Below, piece by piece: positions 19,475 to 27,591 of a DNA stretch of 64,000 nucleotides (within the stretch, counting starts at the first letter, position 1; every line of letters begins with the position of its first letter). This DNA comes from an uncultured Candidatus Rokubacteria bacterium (GTDB taxonomy: Bacteria; Methylomirabilota; Methylomirabilia; Rokubacteriales; DASRDR01): assembly GCA_963805625.1 (NCBI GenBank), contig CAWDVE010000010.1:1952001-2016000 (forward strand), in the 5' to 3' direction. A program made the position numbers and the translations under genes. A model generated the notes under the pieces. That model ran no database searches and was not told the origin of the DNA. It saw only the letters and a list, made by a program, of their open reading frames with translations.

Positions 19475-19756
19475 GTGACGCCACCGATCTGGCTCGACGC
19501 CGCTGGCCGGCCCCGTCTGACGCGCGCCTGCTGGACCTGTGGCCGGGAGGTGGCGCCCATGCGGTTCCGGGCTGAGGACCTTCGCCCGCACGGGTGGCGA
19601 CCGCCCCAGACCCTCCAGATCCCTGACTGGTGTGGCTGCTCGACGGAATACCTTCCGGTCCCCACGGGTGATGGCTGGTGGCAGCTGGTGCCGATCTGGG
19701 ACCCTGGGCAGACCACCAATCCACTACGGCGCTATGAGACGCCCGAGCCCCGGTGA
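19475..19756 (+). CDS. Small Cys/Trp-rich hypothetical protein
   Basis: CWTC and WCGC motifs. Same strand as neighbours, 3 bp from next ORF. Confidence 0.5.
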   Translation: MTPPIWLDAAGRPRLTRACWTCGREVAPMRFRAEDLRPHGWRPPQTLQIPDWCGCSTEYLPVPTGDGWWQLVPIWDPGQTTNPLRRYETPEPR

Positions 19757-19759
19757 GCG

Positions 19760-20044
19760 ATGGCGATCCGGCGGATCCGGCGCCCACCCCATCCGATCGC
19801 CCTGACCACGAAGGCCCAGGCGCTCTACGAGGTCGCGCTCAGTGCGGTGCCCTCGCGGGCCTGGCGCGCCGCCTTCCTCCGGCCGCCGCCCGCGCTGACG
19901 CCCGCGCGGTACACGCCGGAGCTCGGCCGTCTGGGCCTCGAGGGTGCCCGGGTCAGCTTCCGGACCAGCCCGCCCCATCTCCACCGGTGGCTCCGCCGGA
20001 TCGACCGCTGGATCGAGTACGCCAACTCGATAGTGGAGGAGTGA
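19760..20044 (+). CDS. Hypothetical protein
   Basis: Globular-looking sequence ending WLRRIDRWIEYANSIVEE. Confidence 0.55.
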   Translation: MAIRRIRRPPHPIALTTKAQALYEVALSAVPSRAWRAAFLRPPPALTPARYTPELGRLGLEGARVSFRTSPPHLHRWLRRIDRWIEYANSIVEE

Positions 20045-20118
20045 TCCCGTCTGGCGCCTAGGAACGGGGGAGCTCCAGCCTCAGACGAGGCTTGACCGAA
20101 TGTCACTTATAGAGGACA

Positions 20119-20322
20119 ATGGCACCTATCAAACGAGTGTCGAAGCGTCTGAAGCGACTACGCACGGAGCGAGGGATGAGTCAGCAGACCCTGGCCACGA
20201 AAGCGAAGATCAGCCGCGGATACTTAGCGCGCCTCGAAGCGGCCGCGCAGGATCCCACGCTCGGCGTGCTCGAGCGCCTTGCCAAAGCGCTCGGCGTGCC
20301 GGTGACGGCGCTGCTGGAGTGA
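20119..20322 (+). CDS. XRE-family helix-turn-helix regulator
   Basis: LKRLRTERGMSQQTLA..AKISRGYLARLE...PTLGVLERLAKALGV. GAGG RBS. Confidence 0.88.
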   Translation: MAPIKRVSKRLKRLRTERGMSQQTLATKAKISRGYLARLEAAAQDPTLGVLERLAKALGVPVTALLE

Positions 20323-20339
20323 AAGGAAAGGAGACTCCC

Positions 20340-20639
20340 ATGACCAGGGACGAGGGACGAGCCTTCATTCGAGCGCGCCTCGACTCTCAGTTCGGCAAGA
20401 CCCACAACATTAGCGACGAGGGGTCCAGCCGGACCCAACTGGTCAGCTTCGTGTTGAGTCCGGTCGCCTCCGGCGCCACGTACTACGTGCTGGAGATCCA
20501 CGAGGATCTGCTCGCCAGCGAAGAACTGGAGACGCAACTCGCGGAGGCGCACGTCATCGATCAGTTTCGGAACAAGGGCGTCAGGAGACTTCGCATCCCG
20601 CCGAACGGACCCGCGGAGGTACTCGATCGATACGAATAA
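20340..20639 (+). CDS. Hypothetical protein
   Basis: AGGAG RBS, MTRDEGRAFIRARL... Confidence 0.55.
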   Translation: MTRDEGRAFIRARLDSQFGKTHNISDEGSSRTQLVSFVLSPVASGATYYVLEIHEDLLASEELETQLAEAHVIDQFRNKGVRRLRIPPNGPAEVLDRYE

Positions 20640-20773
20640 GGCGCACGTCGGCCCGGCAGGTCCTTGGCGCCCCCCCCGAGCCGGACACGGGCGCGTGCGG
20701 CGACCTCACGCACATCTCGACGCCACGCCGGACGGCCACGGGCGCCGCGGCTGCTCGAGGAGGGAGGGAACTG

Positions 20774-21058
20774 ATGCAACAGATTCGGATCGTGGACGAC
20801 ACGACTCGCGCCCAGGACGCGACGCGAATCCAAGACACCGAGAACATGCGCCTCACGCTCTCCGATGAACCGGACCAAACGTGGATCGCCCGGCTGCGCC
20901 AACTCGCCGCCGCGATGGATCCCGAGTTGGCTCTCAAGCTGCACGTGGAGGGCCGCACGCTCGTGTTTGCGTGCGCGGATCGAGCGACTCTCTTGGCGCG
21001 CCGGCAGCTCATCGGGCAGCTGGTCGAACAGACGAACACGACCGAGGGTTCAACATGA
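20774..21058 (+). CDS. Hypothetical protein
   Basis: GGAGG RBS, protein-like composition. Confidence 0.55.
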   Translation: MQQIRIVDDTTRAQDATRIQDTENMRLTLSDEPDQTWIARLRQLAAAMDPELALKLHVEGRTLVFACADRATLLARRQLIGQLVEQTNTTEGST

Positions 21059-21129
21059 TCGGCCGTCTCCGCGCGCAAGTCGACCCCGCGGATGGCGGCG
21101 CTGGAGCTGTGAGCGCCGAGGAGTCACGT

Positions 21130-21549
21130 ATGTTCAAGCACATCCTGGTCCCAATCGATCTCAGCCATCGGAATGAGCGTACGTTGCGCATCGCGGTCGG
21201 GCTCGCGCGGATCACGCAGAGCCGGGTGACGCTGTTGCACGTCATTCAAGGTATCGCCGGGGTGTCGACGCGGGAACTGCGCACCTTCTACAAGACACTC
21301 GAGCAGCGCTCGCTGCGCACGCTCGCACGGGCGGCCAAGCGATTCGTCGACGCCGAGGTGGCCGTCCGCGCCATCGTGGTCATCGGGCATCCCGCCCACG
21401 AGATCATCAAGGCAGCGAGGGCTCGGAAGGTGACCCTGATTGTGATGGGCTCCCACCGCGTGATGCCGGGACGCCCTGGCCGAGGCTTGGGCGCCACCAG
21501 CTACAAGGTCGGGATCGGCTGTCCGTGTCCGATTCTCCTGGTGAAGTGA
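21130..21549 (+). CDS. Universal stress protein (UspA family)
   Basis: MFKHILVPIDLS, TLLHV, LIVMGSH, CPCPILLVK. AGGAG RBS. Confidence 0.9.
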   Translation: MFKHILVPIDLSHRNERTLRIAVGLARITQSRVTLLHVIQGIAGVSTRELRTFYKTLEQRSLRTLARAAKRFVDAEVAVRAIVVIGHPAHEIIKAARARKVTLIVMGSHRVMPGRPGRGLGATSYKVGIGCPCPILLVK

Positions 21550-21598
21550 ACCGAGGTCGACGGACTCCGGGGCCGCACGCCGTGAGTCGGAGGATTCC

Positions 21599-23299
21599 AT
21601 GATCGCCGCGATCTACGCCCGCAAGTCCACTGAGCAGAACGGCATCAGCGATGAGGAGAAGTCCGTCACTCGCCAGATCGAGCACGCGAAGGCTTACGCG
21701 ACGAAGAAGGGCTGGGCGGTCGCCGAGGACTACGTCTACGTCGACGACGGCATCAGCGGCGCCGAGTTCGTGAAGCGTCCGGGGTTCCTGCGACTCATGA
21801 ACGCGCTCAAGCCGACGCCATCGTTTGGCGTACTCATCATGTCGGAGGAGTCTCGCCTGGGACGCGAGCAGATCGAGACCGCCTACGCGCTGAAGCAGAT
21901 CATCACGGCTGGCGTGCGCGTCTTCTACTACCTCGAGGACCGGGAGCGCACTTTGGAGAGCCCGACCGACAAACTCCTGCTCTCGGTCACGGCCTTCGCC
22001 GATGAGATGGAGCGCGAGAAGGCGCGCCAGCGGACCCACGATGCCCTCGTACGGAAGGCGCGAGCGGGGTACGTCGCGGGCGGCTCCGTCTACGGCTACG
22101 ACAACATCGAGGTCACGGTGCCCGACACCGTGACCGGGAAACCGAAACGGCTCCATGTCGAGCGGCGAATCAACGAGACGGAGGCCGTAGTCATTCGCGA
22201 GATCTTCGAGAAGGCGGCGGCAGGCTGGGGTACCCGCCGGATCGCCCACGACCTGAACGCCCGTGGAGTTCCGGCTCCCCCACCCCGCAGGGCGGGGCGA
22301 CCGCGGGCGTGGGCGCCCTCAACCATCTACGCCATGCTGACTCGATCCCTGTACCGAGGCGAGGTCGTCTGGAACCGCAGCCGCAAGCGGAACGCCTGGG
22401 GCATCAAGCGTCAGACCGGGCGGGCCGAGGCGGAATGGGTTCAGCTCGAAGTGCCGGGCTTGCGCATCGTCCCGGAGCCCCTGTGGCAGGCGGTCCGCGA
22501 GCGATTCCGGGACACGCGCGCGTCGTACCTCCGGGCCACCAACGGCCAGCTCTGGGGCCGTCCAGCCAACGGCATCGAGTCGCGATACCTCCTGACCGGC
22601 TTGGCCCAGTGCGGGCTCTGCGGGGGGAGCCTCGTCCTCCACAGCCGGGCTTCCGCAGGCCGACGGACCCCCGCCTACCTCTGCAGCTACCATCATCTGC
22701 GCGGGAGCACGGTCTGTCCCGGCGGGCTGGTCCTCCCGATGGACCTGACCAACGAGGCGGTCCTGAAGACCATCGAGCAGGAGGTCCTGCACCCCGAGGT
22801 GGTGCAGCGCGCGCTGCGCCGGGTCCTGGGCGAATTGAACGCGCCCACCGACACCGTGGTGCCCCACCGGACCGCCCTCCAAGCGGAACTCGCCGTCTTG
22901 GAGCAGGAGCTCGCTCGGCTCGCCGCTGGCGTGGCTCAGGGTGGCGACCTCAAGGTGCTGCTGGAGGGCATCCGAGCCCGGGAGCAGCGTCGACGCCCCC
23001 TCCAGGAGGAATTGGCCGGGCTGGAAGGTCTCCGGCCCGTCAGCGCCCGGGACCTGCAGGTCATCCAGCGAGAGGTGGAGGTACGACTGACCGACTGGCG
23101 GGGTCTCCTGCGGCGCCAGGTCGTGCAGAGCCGCCAGATCCTCAGAAAGCTTCTGGTGGGACGGATCGTCTTCCGACGACGGGGGGATGGGGTCTACAAG
23201 TTCAGCGGCCAGGCCTCGCTGGGCCGGCTCCTGGCCGGAATCGTCTGTACAAAGGCGGGCGTGGCTCCAACGGGATTCGAACCCGTGTTTCAGCCTTGA
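21599..23299 (+). CDS. Large serine recombinase (resolvase + recombinase + zinc-ribbon/coiled-coil domains)
   Basis: AAIYARKST (catalytic Ser), DDGISGA, SRLGR, YGY, YLLTGLAQCGLCG, YLC...C. 3' end runs through the att core. Confidence 0.95.
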   Translation: MIAAIYARKSTEQNGISDEEKSVTRQIEHAKAYATKKGWAVAEDYVYVDDGISGAEFVKRPGFLRLMNALKPTPSFGVLIMSEESRLGREQIETAYALKQIITAGVRVFYYLEDRERTLESPTDKLLLSVTAFADEMEREKARQRTHDALVRKARAGYVAGGSVYGYDNIEVTVPDTVTGKPKRLHVERRINETEAVVIREIFEKAAAGWGTRRIAHDLNARGVPAPPPRRAGRPRAWAPSTIYAMLTRSLYRGEVVWNRSRKRNAWGIKRQTGRAEAEWVQLEVPGLRIVPEPLWQAVRERFRDTRASYLRATNGQLWGRPANGIESRYLLTGLAQCGLCGGSLVLHSRASAGRRTPAYLCSYHHLRGSTVCPGGLVLPMDLTNEAVLKTIEQEVLHPEVVQRALRRVLGELNAPTDTVVPHRTALQAELAVLEQELARLAAGVAQGGDLKVLLEGIRAREQRRRPLQEELAGLEGLRPVSARDLQVIQREVEVRLTDWRGLLRRQVVQSRQILRKLLVGRIVFRRRGDGVYKFSGQASLGRLLAGIVCTKAGVAPTGFEPVFQP

Positions 23300-23309
23300 G
23301 AGGGCGGTG
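23246..23309 (-). tRNA. Right att junction: tRNA-Glu(CTC) 3'-half fragment, not an intact tRNA
   Basis: Minus strand CACCGCCCTCTCAAGGCTGAAACACGGGTTCGAATCCCGTTGGAGCCAC gives anticodon loop, T-arm and acceptor 3' strand. No matching 5' acceptor strand or D-arm. Confidence 0.75.
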
Positions 23310-23342
23310 ACGAGGACTGCTAGGGCGAGGACTTACGGGGCG

Positions 23343-23363
23343 GTTGCCACTCGCCGTTGCCAC
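23343..23363 (-). repeat. GTTGCCAC x2 (13-bp period), inverted partner of the 1645-1669 repeats
   Basis: Copies at 23343-23350 and 23356-23363. Confidence 0.55.
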
Positions 23364-23443
23364 GGCGCCTTCGACTTGGAAGGGTCGCAACCTGCGATCT
23401 AGGCGTGCTGGGGCCAGCCGGCGCCCGGGGGGTGCGGCGGCGC

Positions 23444-26400
23444 TCAGGACCGAGAGGGATCGGGTCGCAGGCCCGGCGGGGCGCTCGCCGCTGGGGTCAC
23501 GCGGTCCAGCGCCACCCGAGCCAGCCAGAACTGCATGTCCAAGGCCCTGAACAGCCCCACCGCGTGATCGAGGTGGAACGCGGCCGTCTTTGTCTCGCCG
23601 AGACGACGCTCGAGCCGCCCGAGAGAAAGGTGACATCGGGCCATCAGCGGCCGCATGCCCAGCCGCTCGGCCAGTGCCAGGGCCTCGACGAGAAACCGGC
23701 GCGCCGCCTCCTCGTGCGGGGGAGTGTCCTCGCCGAGGACCACGCCCAGCAGGCGGAGCGCATAGACCTGGTTGCCGCGCTCGTTCCGCTCTCGAGCCAG
23801 ATCCAGCGCCCGCTCGGCGTGGCGGCGAGCCGCCTCGAGCCGGCCGCCGAACAGGTGGATCTCGCCCAGGTGGGTCACGATCAGCGACAGGCGGCCGATC
23901 CGACCCATGCGCTCGCCTTCCGCCACCGCGCGCTCACCGAGTTCGCGCGCGGCGTCCGGGCGTCCCGACAACGCGTAGACGACACCAAGGTCCGCCGCCA
24001 ACGGGGGCGCGAGGAAGGGCACGTCGTGCGTCAGCTCCAGGCCGCGCTCGAGGACGCCCATGGCCTCGCCCAAACGCCCTTGGCGGACCAGCGTCCCGCC
24101 GAGGCCCACGTGGGCGTGAGCCAACCCGTAGGCGCTCCCCGCGGCCTGCGCGAGCCGGATGGCTTCCTCGGCGTGCGTGACCGCGTCCGCGAACTCGCCG
24201 AGCTCGGCCAGGCACCACGCCAGCTGGCCGCGCGCGAGGATCGCGGTCGGAGCCGGCATGCCGCTGGCGACCGTGACCGCTCCGGTCGGGTTCGCGATGC
24301 TCCGGCGCAGGCAGGCGGCGGCGCGGCGATAATCTCCGGCCGCGCGCGCCATCGCCCCGAGGGCGTGGTTGGCGAGACCCTGGAGGTCGCGGTCTTCCAG
24401 CTGGTCGGCAACGGCGGCCGCCCGCTCGGCCGCGGCGAAGGCCTCGGCGGAGTGCCCAAGCTCAGTGTGCGCCGCGCAGATGAGGGAGAGCGTCGTCGCC
24501 AGCCGGCGTCGGTCGCCCAGCTCCGCCGCGAGCGCCTCGGCCTGGGTCAGGACGTCGAGGATCCGCGCGTGCTGGCCCAGCGGGGCCAGCACGCGGGAGA
24601 AGTCATGACGCACGTCGACGGCGAGTGCCCGGTAGTCAGGCCGGTCCCTCAAATGCTCGAGCGCGGTCAACGCCCGTTCGCCAAAACCGGCGCGCTCGCG
24701 AGCGCCCACCGACCCGCCGGCCTCTCCGGCCGCGAGACGCAGGTATCGCACCGCCGGCTCCCACGCCTCGGACTGGAACGCGTGATGGGCGAGCTCAGCC
24801 ACGGACACGCCCCGGCCCGCGTCGCGCTGCCTCTCGAGGGCGTCGAGGACCCGCTCGTGCAGCCGACGCCGAAGCTCGTGGAGCAGGCTGCTGTATGCCA
24901 CGTCGTGGATCAGCGTGTGCCGGAAGGCGAAGCACGGCTCCGGGAAGACGGTCCGCTCGTCGAGGAAGGCCGCCGCTCGCAGTCGAGCGGCCACGGCCAG
25001 CACCCTCTCGCCAGGCAGGCCGGCCACAGCCTCCAGGAGGCCGCGGGACACCTGCTCCCCAATCACGGCGGCGCACTGGAGGAGCCGCTTCTCCTCGGCG
25101 TCGAGCCGATCGATACGGGCCTCGATGACCGATCGCACCGTCATCGAGGCCTGAATGTGCGCCGCCACCGGCCCCGGACGGTACCGCCCAGGCTCGCCGA
25201 CCAGCGCCCCGGTCTGGGCCAGGTCGCGAACCGTCTCCTCCAGGAAGAGCGGGTTGCCGCCCGCCGCGGTGCCGAGCTGCTGCCTCAGCGGCGCCAGCGC
25301 CTCTACCGGACCGAGGAGAGCCTCCGCGAGCTCGGAGGTCGCCTCGGCTGACAGCGGGCCGAGGGCAAGGCGCGGCACGCTCGGCGGCAACCAACTGTCA
25401 TCGTAATCGGGCCGCGAGGTGACCACCACGAGGCATCCCTTCGGCAGGGACTCGGCCATCCGCGCGACGGACTGCCGCGCGTCCGAGTCCATCCACTGGA
25501 GATTCTCGAGCACGATGACGACCGGGCGCCGCCGAGCCTCCATGCGCATCAGGTCGAAGTAGGCGGCGAGCGCCCGCTGGCGTCGAACGGTCGGCTCCAG
25601 CTTCCCGAACGGGCTGTGGTCGGGCAAGGCGCCGAGCTCCCAGAGGATCGCGGGCGTGACGTCGTCCAGCAGTGCCTCCATGGACGCCATTCGCTCCGCC
25701 ACCCGCTGGCGAACCTCCGAGGGAGGATCGCCGGCGTCCACCCCGAAGTAGGCGCGCACCACGTCCATGCCGACGCGGTGTCCGATGGCCCGCGTGTGCG
25801 GGCGCGCGGCCGCCATGAACGGGGCGCAGCCCTGGGCCGCACACTGCCGGACGAACTCGTACACCAGACGGGTTTTGCCAATCCCCGGCTCCCCCACGAT
25901 GGCGAAGAGGACCCCCGGCCCCTCCTGCGCGCGGCGGAGCGCATCCCCCAGGCGCTCCATCTCGGCCGACCGGCCAACCAGTCGGGCGCACGCCCACGGG
26001 CGGGGGGCGCCGGGATCGACCGACTGTCCGGCGCCGGTGACCTCGCAAACCTCCATGGCCTCCGGCACACCCTTGACGAGCACCGGCCCCAGCGACCTGA
26101 ATCGCACCCCCGCCCCCGCGAGCGACACCGTCGCGACGGTCGTGAGAATCGTTCCGGGTTTGGCCAGCTGCTCCATCCGCGAAGCGAGGTGCACGGTCGG
26201 GCCGACGATCGACACCACCTCGGTCGACCCTCCCCCGGGCGGCGGCCGGAGCACGACCTCTCCTGCGTGAAGTCCGACACGGATGAGCACCGCGAGACCC
26301 TGCGTCCGGCGCACTTCGTCCCCGAAGGCGGTGACGCGCTCTTGCATGCGGAGCGCGGCGTAGCAGGCGCGCGTCGCATGGTCCTCCTGCGAGACCGGAA

Positions 26401-26767
26401 CGCCGAACAAGGCCATGATGCCGTCGCCCAGGGTCTGGTGGACCGTGCCCTCGAAGCGGTGGACCGCCTCGATCATGAGAGTCAGCACCTGGTCGAAGAG
26501 GCGCGCCGCCTCCTCGGCGTCCTGCCGGACGAGCATGGTCATGGACGCCGCCGTATCGGCGAACAGCACGGTGGCCTGCTTGCGCTCGCCAGTGAGGGGA
26601 GCGGCGCTCGCGGGAGGCCGCGGTGAGGGGTCAGGGACACGAGGGTTTCCGGCCACGGCGACGGGAGCGGTGAGCGAGGCGCCGCACAGGTTGCAGAACC
26701 GGCTGCCGCCCGGATTCAGGTGGCCGCAACTCCCACAGCCGAAGCGACCGGCACCAGCCCCCAGCAC
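23444..26767 (-). CDS. Zinc ribbon - class III cyclase - AAA/STAND ATPase - TPR protein
   Basis: CGSC..CNLC, TVLFADT, LGDGIMALFG, GEPGIGKT, GNPLFLEE, TPR-like tail. Start uncertain. Confidence 0.88.
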   Translation of the reverse strand: MLGAGAGRFGCGSCGHLNPGGSRFCNLCGASLTAPVAVAGNPRVPDPSPRPPASAAPLTGERKQATVLFADTAASMTMLVRQDAEEAARLFDQVLTLMIEAVHRFEGTVHQTLGDGIMALFGVPVSQEDHATRACYAALRMQERVTAFGDEVRRTQGLAVLIRVGLHAGEVVLRPPPGGGSTEVVSIVGPTVHLASRMEQLAKPGTILTTVATVSLAGAGVRFRSLGPVLVKGVPEAMEVCEVTGAGQSVDPGAPRPWACARLVGRSAEMERLGDALRRAQEGPGVLFAIVGEPGIGKTRLVYEFVRQCAAQGCAPFMAAARPHTRAIGHRVGMDVVRAYFGVDAGDPPSEVRQRVAERMASMEALLDDVTPAILWELGALPDHSPFGKLEPTVRRQRALAAYFDLMRMEARRRPVVIVLENLQWMDSDARQSVARMAESLPKGCLVVVTSRPDYDDSWLPPSVPRLALGPLSAEATSELAEALLGPVEALAPLRQQLGTAAGGNPLFLEETVRDLAQTGALVGEPGRYRPGPVAAHIQASMTVRSVIEARIDRLDAEEKRLLQCAAVIGEQVSRGLLEAVAGLPGERVLAVAARLRAAAFLDERTVFPEPCFAFRHTLIHDVAYSSLLHELRRRLHERVLDALERQRDAGRGVSVAELAHHAFQSEAWEPAVRYLRLAAGEAGGSVGARERAGFGERALTALEHLRDRPDYRALAVDVRHDFSRVLAPLGQHARILDVLTQAEALAAELGDRRRLATTLSLICAAHTELGHSAEAFAAAERAAAVADQLEDRDLQGLANHALGAMARAAGDYRRAAACLRRSIANPTGAVTVASGMPAPTAILARGQLAWCLAELGEFADAVTHAEEAIRLAQAAGSAYGLAHAHVGLGGTLVRQGRLGEAMGVLERGLELTHDVPFLAPPLAADLGVVYALSGRPDAARELGERAVAEGERMGRIGRLSLIVTHLGEIHLFGGRLEAARRHAERALDLARERNERGNQVYALRLLGVVLGEDTPPHEEAARRFLVEALALAERLGMRPLMARCHLSLGRLERRLGETKTAAFHLDHAVGLFRALDMQFWLARVALDRVTPAASAPPGLRPDPSRS

Positions 26768-26964
26768 GCGTTCACGCTACCACGGAGGGCAGGCCTTATC
26801 ACCGGCGTCGTGCGGAGACGATCTGATCCGGGCGGACCGCGCCGGTGGCGACACCGGGCGGCGGGCGGCGTGTTGGTCTGGCCAGGCCGCCAGCCAACGG
26901 TCCGGGAACGGGGCCTCATATCATGGCGCAGGTCCAGGCCGCCGACCGGCGATGCGCCAGGAGC

Positions 26965-27120
26965 CGCCGGACGCGGCGGTGGAGTCGCGTGAGCAGCGCC
27001 GCGATGTCGGGATCGGTGGGCGGTGGCACGCGGTAGAAGACCGGGCGCGCCCGGGCGTGGGCGCATGTAGACACCCTCGAGGATCAGTGAGTGGAAGTCC
27101 ACGTTGAGATTCGCGGCGCC
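26965..27120 (-). pseudogene. IS91-family (HUH) transposase internal fragment, frameshifted
   Basis: ANLNVDFHSLILEGVY (decayed NLNVHFH motif), then in another frame PVFYRVPPPTDPDIAALLTRLHRRVRRLL. Confidence 0.65.
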
Positions 27121-27198
27121 GCACGGCGGGGCAATCTGGCGGTACCACGACGAAGGGGCCGACCAGAAGCCGGGAACGTGCTTTGCGGTTCCGAGGTT

Positions 27199-27591
27199 CT
27201 AGGGTCTCTGAGCTGCGATCGCCCCGAGCCGTCGATACCCCGCAAGCTCCTCGTTGAGTCGGCGAATGCGCGATGACATCAGCCCAAGGATCCGGTACGC
27301 GAGGGACGGATCCTCGTGGACCTGCCGCATGAAGGCGCGCTTGTCCAAGGTCAGCACCCGAACCCTGCCCTCGGCGCGGACAGTCGCCGAGCGAGGCTGC
27401 CGGTCGATGAGCGCCATCTCGCCGAAGATGTCCCCGCTCTTCATCTCCCCGATGACAACCTCGCCGATGCCGTCCTCGCGCCAGACCGTCACGCGGCCGG
27501 CCTGAATCACGTACATCTGATCGCCCCGTTCTCCCTGACGGCAGATGACCTCACCGTCGGCGTACTCCCTGCCCAGCACACCCTCATCCAT
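27199..27591 (-). CDS. Stand-alone cyclic nucleotide-binding domain protein
   Basis: ICRQGERGDQMYVIQAGRV, FGEMALID..PRSATVRA. Confidence 0.9.
   Translation of the reverse strand: MDEGVLGREYADGEVICRQGERGDQMYVIQAGRVTVWREDGIGEVVIGEMKSGDIFGEMALIDRQPRSATVRAEGRVRVLTLDKRAFMRQVHEDPSLAYRILGLMSSRIRRLNEELAGYRRLGAIAAQRP

Larger units (their letters stand above)
1717..23280. mobile_element. ~21.6 kb integrative element with large serine recombinase, targeting a tRNA-Glu T-arm/acceptor sequence
   Basis: 20-bp perfect direct repeats at both ends, recombinase gene at the right end, replication-like module and XRE regulator inside. Confidence 0.8.

Noticed and set aside
23261-23340. Intact tRNA-Glu gene
   Set aside because: Only anticodon arm to acceptor 3' strand present. 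No complementary 5' acceptor strand or proper D-arm, and the CCA is at the other junction (1715).
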